Source: Thermoplasmatota archaeon (GTDB lineage: Archaea; Thermoplasmatota; E2; DHVEG-1). From it: a DNA stretch of 64,000 bases. Positions 51,287 to 61,543 of this stretch are shown here, piece after piece. Made by a program: the position numbers and the translations under genes. A model generated the notes under the pieces. The model made no database searches, was not told the DNA's origin, and saw only the letters and a list, made by a program, of their open reading frames with translations. The DNA lies in NCBI GenBank assembly GCA_038884455.1, contig JAWABU010000003.1:1969-65968 (forward strand). The letters run 5' to 3'. Position 1 is the first letter of the stretch; each line of letters begins with the position of its first letter.

Positions 51287-52009
51287 TTATTTTTTTAATC
51301 CTTTTATTTTGATTTTTTGTGCATATTTTCGAAGGAGTTCTTCCTGTTCAGGTCGCCATTGACTTATCTCTAATAATGCATAGGAAAGTTCTTCATTGAG
51401 TCCATCGAGGTGTACGACGCTGTTCTGTTGATAGATATCGATTAACAGTCGACCGAGTTGGTATTTTTCGTCAGTAAACATTGGTTCAGTGCTAAGTATC
51501 GAAGCAGTTATACGTGCGATATCTTCGATAGGTTTTCCAAGTCGTGCCTCTTCAAAATCGACGCCCCAAACGTCCTCTTTGAGGATAAAGTTTCGAAGAA
51601 TTGCATCTCCTCTAATCATGTATCCCTCAGTTGTTTTGAAAAAATCGTGGAATTTCACAAACCAGTCTGCAAGTTTTTGTATGGTATTTTCTTTTTCTCG
51701 TAGTTTTATTTGCGGGTCATTGATATAGTCGCAGAGATTTATTCCTGATATATAGCTTTGGATAAGTACTATGTTTTTTTCATCTTTTTTGAAAACGGTT
51801 GGTATATTGAGTGTTTTTGCTCCTTTTTTTAAAATGGTGTATTCAGTATCCATATTCTTTTTAAGTCCAGGGGGGTACCATTTTATAACTCTGGGTGTTC
51901 CATTAAAGATGACATAACAAACGGTATTCTTTTTACTGTCAAAACATCGTTGAACGAGCATCTTCTGATACAAGTCATCATTTTCAATGAGCTCGTTAAT
52001 ATTTTTCAT
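51287..52009 (-). CDS. Small protein-kinase-like fold protein (Bud32/RIO/Kdo-kinase-like).
   Basis: IRGDAILRNFIL occupies the place of an HGDLxxxNIL catalytic loop and VWGVDFEEA the place of IDFG/E. There is an N-lobe Lys (VIKWY). No phosphorylatable activation segment was identified. Confidence 0.4.
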   Translation of the reverse strand: MKNINELIENDDLYQKMLVQRCFDSKKNTVCYVIFNGTPRVIKWYPPGLKKNMDTEYTILKKGAKTLNIPTVFKKDEKNIVLIQSYISGINLCDYINDPQIKLREKENTIQKLADWFVKFHDFFKTTEGYMIRGDAILRNFILKEDVWGVDFEEARLGKPIEDIARITASILSTEPMFTDEKYQLGRLLIDIYQQNSVVHLDGLNEELSYALLEISQWRPEQEELLRKYAQKIKIKGLKK

Positions 52010-52074
52010 ACAATCTTCTTAGTATATATGTAGTTCTTCTGTAAAAAAGTTATGTTTTCGTATATATCTAGTCG

Positions 52075-52959
52075 TTACTCTAAATGCTGGACTCGGGCGG
52101 TTAGATAAATTCCAACGAGAATTAGGGAACCTCCAATAAGAGAAAACTGGGGTGGTTGTTGGTTAATCCATGGTATTGCGAAGGCAAGAAGTGTTGAGCC
52201 AATAGGTTCTCCAAGAAGCATGACCGATGCAATTGATGCTCTAATGTATTTTAATGACCAGTTATACAGGGTGTGTCCAAAGATTCCTGAGATAAGTGCC
52301 ATGAGAAATATCAGACCATAATCTGTGGCACTCAGACCAATGATCGGTGCTTGTAGTAGGATACAGATGCAAAAAAGAGTTGTTGTTGCAGATGCGTAGA
52401 CGATTGCGGCGTAGGAAAAAATTGAGACGGTATTTCTGGTTTTTCTGCCACCTAGAATATATAAACCTGCAGCGACTCCTCCAAGCATGGCAAGGATGTT
52501 CCCCTCGAGACTGTCAAGAGTTGTCGTTGTGTAGTAGTTTCCTGAGACAAGAATAATGACTCCACTTACTGAGAGGACTATACCAAGGATATTGATTTTT
52601 GCGAGTCTCTCTTTAAGCAGATAGTGTGCGATTGGTGCAACAATCATTGGATGTGCGGTGACGAGGATCACGGAGCTTGCTACTGATGTTTGTGTAAGCG
52701 AGGTTATCCATAGTGCAAAATGGAGTGCAAGGATAATCCCAATAAGTATCATAAATAGAATTTTTGGTAGGGGTAGTGTTCTTATTTCTTTTCGGTTTTT
52801 TTTGCAAAATACAACAAAAGGAAGGACGAGTATGGTGGTAAATAAGATTCGATAAAATGATATGCTAAGCGGGTGTGCTGTGCAGGTGAGAATAAAGATT
52901 GATGCGAATGAGACAGCAATAATCGAGACAATCATTGCTAGATACGGTTTTTTTGTCAT
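52075..52959 (-). CDS. EamA/DMT-family transporter (10 TM helices).
   Basis: A duplicated 5-TM pattern. 294 aa. Confidence 0.6.
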   Translation of the reverse strand: MTKKPYLAMIVSIIAVSFASIFILTCTAHPLSISFYRILFTTILVLPFVVFCKKNRKEIRTLPLPKILFMILIGIILALHFALWITSLTQTSVASSVILVTAHPMIVAPIAHYLLKERLAKINILGIVLSVSGVIILVSGNYYTTTTLDSLEGNILAMLGGVAAGLYILGGRKTRNTVSIFSYAAIVYASATTTLFCICILLQAPIIGLSATDYGLIFLMALISGIFGHTLYNWSLKYIRASIASVMLLGEPIGSTLLAFAIPWINQQPPQFSLIGGSLILVGIYLTARVQHLE

Positions 52960-52987
52960 ATTTCTTTCCTTTCATTTTGACATGAAC

Positions 52988-54199
52988 TTATGTTTTGTTG
53001 GTGATTTGATGATGAACATAGGTAGTGCGTCGATACAAAAGAAGTACGGTTGCAAAAAAAAGTGATAAACATCCAATAAGTACAAAGGGGAAAGTAATTC
53101 CATAGAAATCAGCAAGGAAACCACTGATAAAAATCAAAAGTGTTCCTCCACCAGTTTGGAAGGTAAAAATGATACCAAAAGTTCGTCCTTCGACTGATTC
53201 ATGGGTGACTTCTGAAACAAAGGAAAATAATGCTGGGTACGTAAGAAACACCGAGATCCCCATGAGAATCATAGCACTAATGATAAGAAAATACTGGGTA
53301 CTCAGCGTGAGCAGGATGCTCATGCCTCCAAGAATAAAATACGCTAGAATAATGAGCTTTTTCCGATTGATACGGTTTCGTATTTTTCCATAGCAAAGCG
53401 AGGTAATACTTCCCACACCAATCCATACAGCAACACTCATACCAATTATAGGTAAAGAGAGAGTTGTTTTCTCGGTAAGGAGGAGTGGTAAATAGGTGAT
53501 TGTTACTCCCCAAGCAGCACCGCTGATCATAAAACCTGGTGCGAGAAGTTTAATCTGTTTAAACACTTGAAATGCTTCACGGATTGTTTGTTTTTTTCCC
53601 CTTGTTCTATTTTTTTGTCGTGGCGCTCTGAGTGCATGTTGCTGTAAATCTTTAATGGCAAGAAGACCTATGATCAAGCCGCAGAAACAAGCTCCTGCCC
53701 ATATGTAGAGTGGTGCACCCCAATTTTGAAATACCTCAGTGAGGTATAAGGTTGATAAAACAGCGAGAAACGCTCCGAAATCTGCAGATCCACTTTGGAT
53801 GCCCATTGCCCAGTCAAGGCCTTCTTTTTTAAAGGTTCGAGAAATCCATCCGACTCCAAGAGGATGAAAAAAACTTGTTGAAAACCGAAGAACAAAGATA
53901 AAGAATACTAACGTGAAAAAATCACGACTGGTTGATAATAGGAGGAGTGATATAGCCGTGCAGAGAATGCCAAATGAAAGCAAAACACCTGTATCTTTTC
54001 CGTCGCCATATTCTCCGATGATTAGTTGAAAGATCAGGGTGATACATAGTCCGCCACCGGTGATGATACCAACTTCAGTATAGGACAGTTGAAAGAGTTG
54101 TTTAAAAATTGGAAACAGTAACGGGATAACAGAAACAGATCCATCGGTTAATGCATGATACATGCTTACTGTGGAAAGAATTTTTTTCTTTTCATTCAT
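52988..54199 (-). CDS. MFS transporter (12 TM helices).
   Basis: 403 aa with 12 hydrophobic helices and a central loop with basic residues. Confidence 0.6.
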   Translation of the reverse strand: MNEKKKILSTVSMYHALTDGSVSVIPLLFPIFKQLFQLSYTEVGIITGGGLCITLIFQLIIGEYGDGKDTGVLLSFGILCTAISLLLLSTSRDFFTLVFFIFVLRFSTSFFHPLGVGWISRTFKKEGLDWAMGIQSGSADFGAFLAVLSTLYLTEVFQNWGAPLYIWAGACFCGLIIGLLAIKDLQQHALRAPRQKNRTRGKKQTIREAFQVFKQIKLLAPGFMISGAAWGVTITYLPLLLTEKTTLSLPIIGMSVAVWIGVGSITSLCYGKIRNRINRKKLIILAYFILGGMSILLTLSTQYFLIISAMILMGISVFLTYPALFSFVSEVTHESVEGRTFGIIFTFQTGGGTLLIFISGFLADFYGITFPFVLIGCLSLFFATVLLLYRRTTYVHHQITNKT

Positions 54200-54308
54200 A
54201 GAAAGGGATGTGGTGCGGTATTATACTGATCTTTATAATTATTTGTTTATCCAAAATCCAAAACGAAAATCGTAAAACATATACTTATCTTCTGCATAGG
54301 GTTTCTCT

Positions 54309-54932
54309 ATGTGTGAACCTGTGGTTCTTGGTTTCTATGGTTATTCAAATACAGGTAAAACTAATATTATCCAGCGTTTAATACGACGTCTTACTTTAGA
54401 AGGATGTTGTATCGCTGTAATCAAACGTTCGGAGAAAGCTTTTTGTATTGATCAAGAGGGAAAAGATACTTGGAGGTATGGTTCTGTTGGTGCGCACTGT
54501 GTTGTTTTTTCTTCTCAGTTTGAAACTGATTTTTTAACGAAAAAAAAGATGGATGTTTCAGAAATTCTTACATTCATTCAATGTTTTGGTTGTTTTGATA
54601 TAGTTTTTGTTGAGGGTGCTCGGGATCCCCATATTCCAAAAATACGTGTTGGTGATATCAAGAAAAGACCATATACGATTCTGGAATATCACAATAATGA
54701 GGAGGAGATATGGATGTATATAAAAAAAGAATTAGAAAAACAAAAAGAAAAACAAAAAAACAATGAAGCAGAAATCTCTCTTGAGGTGAACGGAAAAAAA
54801 ATACCACTCTCTGAGTTTCCTGCTCGCATAATTCAAAACACAGTTCTTGGTTTAGTTCGGTCACTTAAAGGTGTTGATAGGATTTCTTCTTTGAATTTGA
54901 AGATTGTGTATAAAAAAAAGAGAAAACCCTGA
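54309..54932 (+). CDS. mobB: MobB-like P-loop protein (molybdopterin-guanine dinucleotide biosynthesis adapter) with a Lys-rich C-terminal extension of about 70 aa.
   Basis: GYSNTGKTNIIQRLI, GKDTWRYGSVGA and DIVFVEGAR align with E. coli MobB (GTGKTTLLKKLI, GKDSYELRKAGA, DLILVEGFK). Confidence 0.65.
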   Translation: MCEPVVLGFYGYSNTGKTNIIQRLIRRLTLEGCCIAVIKRSEKAFCIDQEGKDTWRYGSVGAHCVVFSSQFETDFLTKKKMDVSEILTFIQCFGCFDIVFVEGARDPHIPKIRVGDIKKRPYTILEYHNNEEEIWMYIKKELEKQKEKQKNNEAEISLEVNGKKIPLSEFPARIIQNTVLGLVRSLKGVDRISSLNLKIVYKKKRKP

Positions 54933-55122
54933 AAGACTGTTACAGGGTTCCTGTTACGTTTATGAGAATGAACAACAGTACAATCAATGAGATCATGAAT
55001 ATACTGAGAATGTCCTCTCGGCTCTGACTTAATCGTTGCACGTCTGCATCCCGTCCCAACCACCGAATGGTTTTATCCCTTTAAAAACTTTGCACTTTTT
55101 TTCAGACTGACAAAAGAAAAAT

Positions 55123-58100
55123 TCACTTTGATAATCCGAGATGAACAATCTCTGAATCAATGTCCCATTGTTTAAGTAATTCTCCTTTCGGTGAATCAGT
55201 AAAAATCAGTTTTTTTGCTCGTGTTTCACTCCGGATGTGATTCAACCATGGTTCGAGTGATATTTTTCTTTCGGAAGATAGAGATATCTCGACGTGTATT
55301 TTCTCTTCAACAGAAAGGTTTAATTCTTTTCGCATTGATTGAATTCTGCGGATTATTTCACGGGCGAATCCTTCTGCCTCAAGCTCTGGAGAACGTGTAG
55401 TTTCTAAAAATAATTGAATGTCGCCAACAGATGTTCTCGTAAAATTTTCTTTCTCGCGGACAGACCTCTTAAAATCATCTTGAGTTAATTCAAATGTCTC
55501 ATTTTCAAGAGTGATTTTTACTGTTTTTTGTGTTTTAATTTTTTCGTACAAGAGTGGGAGATCGGCAGTTGCTAGGTAGGTGGTAAGTATTTTTGCTTTC
55601 TCTTTGTATCTTCTCCCAATACTTGGTACATAAACGTGTATCTGTTCGTCCATAAATGCTTGATCGGAACGAGCAAAAGAAATTTTTTTAACATTAATTT
55701 CTTCATTTAACAAATCAAGCAATGGCGTGATACTTTTTTCTTGTGCTTCTGAACAGACAATCGTTGCAGATGGTAAGGGGTACCTGACGTTAATACCAAC
55801 TTTTGAACGTAATGCACGGCCAACTTCCACGAGGTCACGAATAGTAGTCATACTCTGTTCTAGTTCCTCGTTGATCTGTGTTGTATCAGCAGCAGGGTAA
55901 TCGCAGAGATGAACACTCACGGGTTGATCTGATGTTCGAAGGTTTTGATATATCTCTTCGGTGATAAAAGGAATAAAAGGTGCTGCAAGCTTTGTAACAC
56001 CTAGAAGGATATCGTACATCGAGGAATACCCTGCTAGTTTGTCTGTGGTTTTTTCTTCGTTCCAGAGGCGTTTTCGTGATCGTCTCAAATACCAATTACT
56101 AAAATCATCGATAATAAAGTTTTCAATGAAACGAGCTGCTTTATGGGTTTCAAACTGAGAGACAGCTGTAGTGACATTCTGAATTAGCCGTTGCAATCGA
56201 CTGAGTATCCACCGATCCAGAAGATTTCTTTCTGACAAAGCTACAGAGTCTTTTTTTGGATGAAACTTATCAAGCACTGCATAGGTTGCAAAAAAGTTGT
56301 ACGAATTCCACAAAGTTAAAATAAATTTCCCTAATGTTTCTTTTACGGCTTCTTCATAAAATCTGGTAGACATCCAGGGTGCATTCGTTGAAATGAGATA
56401 CCATCGGAGCGCATCAGCTCCTTCATGATCAAGAATACTATTTGGGTCAACATAATTTTGTTTACTTTTGCTCATTTTCTGATTATCTTTATCAAGAACT
56501 AAGCCCAAGGTCAAAACTGTTTTGTATGGGTTTTTATCAAAAAGAATCGTTGAAATAGCGAGGAGCGAATAAAACCATCCGCGTGTCTGGTCCAGGGCTT
56601 CACAAATAAAATCAACAGGAAAATTTTCCTGAAATTCTTTAGTATGTTCAAAGGGATAATGCCATTGTGCGAAAAACGCAGAACCTGAGTCATACCAACA
56701 ATCAATAACTTCTTTTTCACGGACCATCTGTGAACGACATTTTGGACAACGTACGATGATCTCATCGACAAATGGTTTATGGAGATCATATGTTGCTGGG
56801 AATGATTCGCTGACCTCTTTTAGCTCTTGAACACTCCCAACACAGAGGATATGAGAACATCGTTTATTCGAACAAATCCAGATAGGTAGCGGTGTTCCCC
56901 AGTAACGATCACGAGATAACGCCCAATCTTTTACCTCGCGGATGAAATCACCAAAACGACCTTGTTGTAGATGTTCAGGATACCACGTAATTGCATTATT
57001 GTTTCGGATGAGTGAATCTTGCACCTTTGTCATTGCGATAAACCAGGACTCCATAGCATAATAGAGAAGAGGCGAGTCGCATCGCCAGCAGAACGGATAC
57101 TCATGGGTATATGTTTTTTTTCCTGCAAGAAGGCCCTGCTGTTCAAGATAGTCAATAATATGTGCATCTGCATCTTTTACAAACTGTCCTTTCCACAGGG
57201 TTACCTCCGGTGGGAAGGTTCCATCAAGTTGAACCAGTTGAACAACTGGGAGATCATATTTTTTCCCGACGATATAATCGTCTTCACCAAAACCTGGAGC
57301 GATATGAACAATACCAGTACCATCACTCATGGTAACAAAATCTGCAAGAACAACATACCATGCTTTTTTTTCAACTGTTGCATACGTAAATAGCGGTTCA
57401 TATTCGATATGTTCTAACTCTTTCCCAGTATATTGATCTAAAATATCATATTCATCTCCTTTCATGAGCACCGCTGCTCGTTCTTGAGCAAGAATCAGGA
57501 CATCTCCACGATATCGAATTTTAAGATAGGTTTCATTTGGATGAACTGCTAATGCCACATTTGAAATCAACGTCCATGGTGTTGTTGTCCATGCAAGAAA
57601 ATATGCATCCTCCTTTTTTAACTTGAATTTTACAAAAATTGAAGGATCATCAACAGTTTTATACCCTTGAGACAACTCATGTGCTGAGAGGGCAGTTCCA
57701 CATCGAGGACAATAGGGAACAACCTTATGGCCTTTGTATAATAATTTTTTCTCATACGCTTGTTTTAGTGACCACCACACAGATTCAATATACTCGTTTT
57801 TTAATGTGATATATGGTTTTTCCATATCAAGCCAAAAACCGATTCTTCGCGTCAGATCAACCCACGCCTGTTCATATTTAAATACACTTTTTTTACATTC
57901 TTCATTAAATCGTTTAACACCATACCGTTCAATAGCCTGTTTGTCTTCAAGCCCAAGTTTTTTTTCAACCTCTATTTCAACAGGAAGACCATGGGTATCC
58001 CATCCAGCTTTTCGTAAAATGTAGTATCCTTGCATGGTATAATATCGAAGAATGAGATCCTTAATAACTCGAGTGAGAACATGACCTGGATGGGGAAGAC

Positions 58101-58254
58101 CGTTCGCTGTCGGTGGCCCTTCAAGGAATACATAGGAAGGACAACCTTTTCTCTGTTGTATTGACTGTTCCATGATGTGCTGTTCTTTCCAAAAACGTTG
58201 TATGTGCTGTTCAATCTGTTGTGGATTGTATTTTTGCGGGGGGGTTTTGATCAT
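55123..58254 (-). CDS. ileS: Isoleucyl-tRNA synthetase.
   Basis: HIGH is PHPGH and KMSKS is QKMSKSK. 1043 aa. Confidence 0.95.
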   Translation of the reverse strand: MIKTPPQKYNPQQIEQHIQRFWKEQHIMEQSIQQRKGCPSYVFLEGPPTANGLPHPGHVLTRVIKDLILRYYTMQGYYILRKAGWDTHGLPVEIEVEKKLGLEDKQAIERYGVKRFNEECKKSVFKYEQAWVDLTRRIGFWLDMEKPYITLKNEYIESVWWSLKQAYEKKLLYKGHKVVPYCPRCGTALSAHELSQGYKTVDDPSIFVKFKLKKEDAYFLAWTTTPWTLISNVALAVHPNETYLKIRYRGDVLILAQERAAVLMKGDEYDILDQYTGKELEHIEYEPLFTYATVEKKAWYVVLADFVTMSDGTGIVHIAPGFGEDDYIVGKKYDLPVVQLVQLDGTFPPEVTLWKGQFVKDADAHIIDYLEQQGLLAGKKTYTHEYPFCWRCDSPLLYYAMESWFIAMTKVQDSLIRNNNAITWYPEHLQQGRFGDFIREVKDWALSRDRYWGTPLPIWICSNKRCSHILCVGSVQELKEVSESFPATYDLHKPFVDEIIVRCPKCRSQMVREKEVIDCWYDSGSAFFAQWHYPFEHTKEFQENFPVDFICEALDQTRGWFYSLLAISTILFDKNPYKTVLTLGLVLDKDNQKMSKSKQNYVDPNSILDHEGADALRWYLISTNAPWMSTRFYEEAVKETLGKFILTLWNSYNFFATYAVLDKFHPKKDSVALSERNLLDRWILSRLQRLIQNVTTAVSQFETHKAARFIENFIIDDFSNWYLRRSRKRLWNEEKTTDKLAGYSSMYDILLGVTKLAAPFIPFITEEIYQNLRTSDQPVSVHLCDYPAADTTQINEELEQSMTTIRDLVEVGRALRSKVGINVRYPLPSATIVCSEAQEKSITPLLDLLNEEINVKKISFARSDQAFMDEQIHVYVPSIGRRYKEKAKILTTYLATADLPLLYEKIKTQKTVKITLENETFELTQDDFKRSVREKENFTRTSVGDIQLFLETTRSPELEAEGFAREIIRRIQSMRKELNLSVEEKIHVEISLSSERKISLEPWLNHIRSETRAKKLIFTDSPKGELLKQWDIDSEIVHLGLSK

Positions 58255-58350
58255 TGAACCGAACTCCAGAATATCATATATGCATTCGTCTTTGTAATAA
58301 CCACGTAATGGCTACAACCTGTTAAAATCATTTTCGCCGTATTTATCATG

Positions 58351-59661
58351 TTAATAATCTCGGCTGTTTTCTGATTTCATGATCTCGCGGAGAAACGAGG
58401 TTGCATAGCAACCCTTGAGCAGAGAGAAAGAAAGCATGACTGCTTTTTTTCCTTCATGATACGTATCAGATTCAATATGATACGTTAAATTGCGGAGTGG
58501 TGCAAGAATCGATCGTCGGGAGCCACGTGAGGATAAAAAGGGAATGTCGGGGATAACAAAATCTCGAACGTCTATCTTTTCTTGCTTGAAAACTTCATGT
58601 TCAATTTCACCCATTTCTCCGCTTGAAAAAACCGGTTTGAATCCGACGAGAATGCAACTGACAAATGCTTTTTGTTTTTGTACTTGCTCGTTAATCTTCG
58701 CACTGTTTGAAGATGAAACGGTAATGTATTCATCTGATACAACATTGTTCCGAAATGGAAGAATAATATCGCCAATACAAGCTTGATGTAATGGTAACTT
58801 TCGATGCATGCGTTCACTGAGCATTTTATTAAATAGATATGACTGATATGCATTGATAAACATTAATAGAAGATTTTTTGGAAGCTGTTGTAATGCAGAG
58901 AGAAAATCCGATGGATTTACAACAAGGTTATTAAGAATTGCTTTTTCAAAATTCAAGTGATTAGGAAATTGGTGTAATGCTGTAGTAAAATCGTAGGTTT
59001 TTTTGAGATTACTCCGCAGTTCAGCAATCATCGGATCTTCTTCAGGACAAGGAGCGGTCAGATAAGTCATTACTGCTTGTTCAAAATCTCCAGAAACAAT
59101 ATATTTTCCAATGAGATGGTTAATCGGGCGAATAGCACCAAACCGTTGTATCCCAAAAAAATTTGGAAAACCACCAGAACTTGTTAGAACGTCAAGGTTT
59201 TTTTTCAGAGATGATTCAGGATAGGAGTTAGAAATGTTTCGAATTGTTATCGTGAAATAATTTCCATAAAGGTCGCCCAGTTTAACAGGTCTTTTTGATT
59301 TGAAAATATTTTTTATTTCGACGTCTTTAATCTTTAATTTTTGGAGCGATTCAGGTGAAACTGAAGCAAAGGACATCAGTCGAGTATTGACTGAGCGTTT
59401 ATCTTTTGTACCTGCAAAACTAATTCGATTACGAGATATACGTAGTTTTTTTGAAATTTCACGAATTAAGGTGTTTGTCTCCCAATTACGACAAGAGATT
59501 TCTGCAATGGTAAATATTCCGGTATCGTCTCTTGAAGGGTAATGAAATGTTTCTTGAACGGTAAAATCTTCGGGAACGGTTCGTAATTTCCCGCCGCATC
59601 CTGGTTCCTGCGTAAAATATGTTTCAATTCCAATCGTATGTTCAAAAGCAGCAGAATTCAT
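58351..59661 (-). CDS. truD: tRNA pseudouridine(13) synthase TruD.
   Basis: The N-terminus reads GIETYFTQEPGCGGKLRTVPEDF and the catalytic Asp motif is FAGTKDKRS. The track ORF begins at a TTG at 59682. The ATG for MNSAAFE lies about 21 nt downstream. Confidence 0.75.
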   Translation of the reverse strand: MNSAAFEHTIGIETYFTQEPGCGGKLRTVPEDFTVQETFHYPSRDDTGIFTIAEISCRNWETNTLIREISKKLRISRNRISFAGTKDKRSVNTRLMSFASVSPESLQKLKIKDVEIKNIFKSKRPVKLGDLYGNYFTITIRNISNSYPESSLKKNLDVLTSSGGFPNFFGIQRFGAIRPINHLIGKYIVSGDFEQAVMTYLTAPCPEEDPMIAELRSNLKKTYDFTTALHQFPNHLNFEKAILNNLVVNPSDFLSALQQLPKNLLLMFINAYQSYLFNKMLSERMHRKLPLHQACIGDIILPFRNNVVSDEYITVSSSNSAKINEQVQKQKAFVSCILVGFKPVFSSGEMGEIEHEVFKQEKIDVRDFVIPDIPFLSSRGSRRSILAPLRNLTYHIESDTYHEGKKAVMLSFSLLKGCYATSFLREIMKSENSRDY

Positions 59662-59674
59662 AGATAAATTTTTT

Positions 59675-59938
59675 TTATTCAAAATTTTTGCCGAATGTTT
59701 TTATTTCATCTTCAAGGTATTGTACTGCTTTTTTTAAAATCTGGATCGGATCTCCTTTTTTTACTCTGATGAATAATCGTCGTTTATTTGATAAGGGATG
59801 ATCAGCCATGCATGAGGCGTATTCGACATCATCATTCTTGAGGAGAACATGAGTGATTGGATGAAGGATTGTTTCATCTTCATTTGTTATTTCAACTTCG
59901 AGTTCTGTTTTTGTCTTTTTTAAAATTTGTAACTTCAT
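59675..59938 (-). CDS. rpoL: DNA-directed RNA polymerase subunit L (Rpo11).
   Basis: EDETILHPITHVLLKNDDVEYASCMADHPL matches the Rpo11 consensus ExHTLgNxLr...V.FagY..pHPL. Confidence 0.8.
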   Translation of the reverse strand: MKLQILKKTKTELEVEITNEDETILHPITHVLLKNDDVEYASCMADHPLSNKRRLFIRVKKGDPIQILKKAVQYLEDEIKTFGKNFE

Positions 59939-59962
59939 TTTTCTTCACCTGAACTATCTTTA

Positions 59963-60535
59963 TTATAATTTAGTAATATCAATTTCTCCGTATTCTGATG
60001 AAATACGTCGATGCTCTTTATTTCCACAATTTTCGCATTCAAGACTGTTTCCTTTTTTTATGAGTGAATGGCGACATTTTGAACATAATGCTTTAATCGC
60101 TCCAAGATGTCGTTCTTTTGTCGCAAGTTGAACACTGGGATGTGTTTGGATAACTTTTGCAAGAATGTAATCTCCTGCTTTATATTCAGTTGAGGCATCT
60201 TTGATATACCCGTGAGCTATTTCTTTTACATGAATGGTTCCATTGGTATCACCTGACACCGCTCGATTTTTTCCAACAACGTGAACAACCTCAGCAATAA
60301 TCATGGTCGGCTTTGCCATTTCTACCTGAGCAATAACGGTGTCTCCTTTGTTGAGTGTTACCGGTATACTTGTCAAAGGCTCAACACGTGCTCTACGATG
60401 TTTTTCATCAACAGTATATTTTCCAATTCGAGCAGCACGAATAATACCATTTTCTTCAAAAGTTCCGTCACCAGGAAGAAGTTCTTCACAGGTTGACAAT
60501 TGATCTCCAGGCATGACAACTTTTTTTTTCATCAA
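59963..60535 (-). CDS. csl4: Exosome complex RNA-binding protein Csl4.
   Basis: It has an N-terminal domain, an S1 domain, and a C-terminal Zn ribbon (CSKCRHSL...CENCGNKEH). Confidence 0.75.
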   Translation of the reverse strand: MMKKKVVMPGDQLSTCEELLPGDGTFEENGIIRAARIGKYTVDEKHRRARVEPLTSIPVTLNKGDTVIAQVEMAKPTMIIAEVVHVVGKNRAVSGDTNGTIHVKEIAHGYIKDASTEYKAGDYILAKVIQTHPSVQLATKERHLGAIKALCSKCRHSLIKKGNSLECENCGNKEHRRISSEYGEIDITKL

Positions 60536-60673
60536 GAAACACTGCGTCCTTTCTCTTTTATGTACAGTTACGGCAATCTCATTGGTTTTTTAAAGGTTTG
60601 GGTATACTCAGCGCCTGTTCTATGCAACATTCAATAAAAATTTAAATAGACAAAGGAACAATTCTGTTGAGAT

Positions 60674-61543
60674 ATGAACCGTTCTTATAATACGTATCAT
60701 TTTTTCCAAAAAAGATACACAGAGATTGGCGGAAAAATTAAACCGTTTCAGTTATATCGTTGTATCAGGGTTAATACAAAAAAAATCAGTTCTGAGAATC
60801 TCAAAAAACGATTATTAAATCGAGGTTTTGATCTTGAAAAAATACCTTTTGTACCACATGGGTTTCGGATACTAAAAGAACCTTTTAACCTTGTGAGCTG
60901 CCCTGAATATTTACTTGGACTTTTCTACATTCAAGATGCAGCATCGCAACTACCAGCACAGATCCTTTCTCCCCGTGAGCTTGTCCTCGATGCATGTGCT
61001 GCTCCCGGAGGTAAAACTTGTCAATTAGCTTCTATGGCTAATGTTATTGCAGTGGATAATAATAAACAGCGCTTTCAAAAACTTCGATTAAATCTTGAAC
61101 GGCTTGGAATAGACAATTGTATCGCATATAATATGGATTTTTTGAAAATACAAACCTGTTTTAATTATATATTACTTGACGCGCCGTGTTCTGGAAATTA
61201 TATGCTTGAATCAAGATGGTTTGAAAAAAATACTCTCCAGCGAATAACTGAACGTTCACAACTTCAAAAAAGACTGGTCGCTCATGCGATATCACTCTTA
61301 AATCCTGGTGGAATTCTTGTGTATAGTACCTGTTCATTAGAACCAGAAGAAGATGAATGCGTAGTTCAATATGCTCTTGATACGTTTCCCATCAAACTTG
61401 AAAAAATAAACTGTATCGGAGATCCTGGGTTAACAACCGCATTTCAGTATCATTTTGATGAATCTATGCGGTATTGCCGTCGTCTATGGCCAGATAAGAC
61501 AGAGACCATTGGTTTTTTTATTGCGAGGTTAAAGAAATGTTAA
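60674..61543 (+). CDS. NOL1/NOP2/Sun-family RNA cytosine-C5 methyltransferase.
   Basis: The SAM motif is LDACAAPGGKT. The catalytic motifs are DAPCSG and YSTCS. Confidence 0.85.
   Translation: MNRSYNTYHFFQKRYTEIGGKIKPFQLYRCIRVNTKKISSENLKKRLLNRGFDLEKIPFVPHGFRILKEPFNLVSCPEYLLGLFYIQDAASQLPAQILSPRELVLDACAAPGGKTCQLASMANVIAVDNNKQRFQKLRLNLERLGIDNCIAYNMDFLKIQTCFNYILLDAPCSGNYMLESRWFEKNTLQRITERSQLQKRLVAHAISLLNPGGILVYSTCSLEPEEDECVVQYALDTFPIKLEKINCIGDPGLTTAFQYHFDESMRYCRRLWPDKTETIGFFIARLKKC

Noticed and set aside
59675-59700. An apparent 1-nt frame inconsistency when I hand-indexed the rpoL stop and truD start against the ORF track.
   Set aside because: It is most likely a hand-counting slip of mine in that line. 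The ORF track lengths are multiples of 3 and verified anchors elsewhere agree. It is not evidence of a frameshift.
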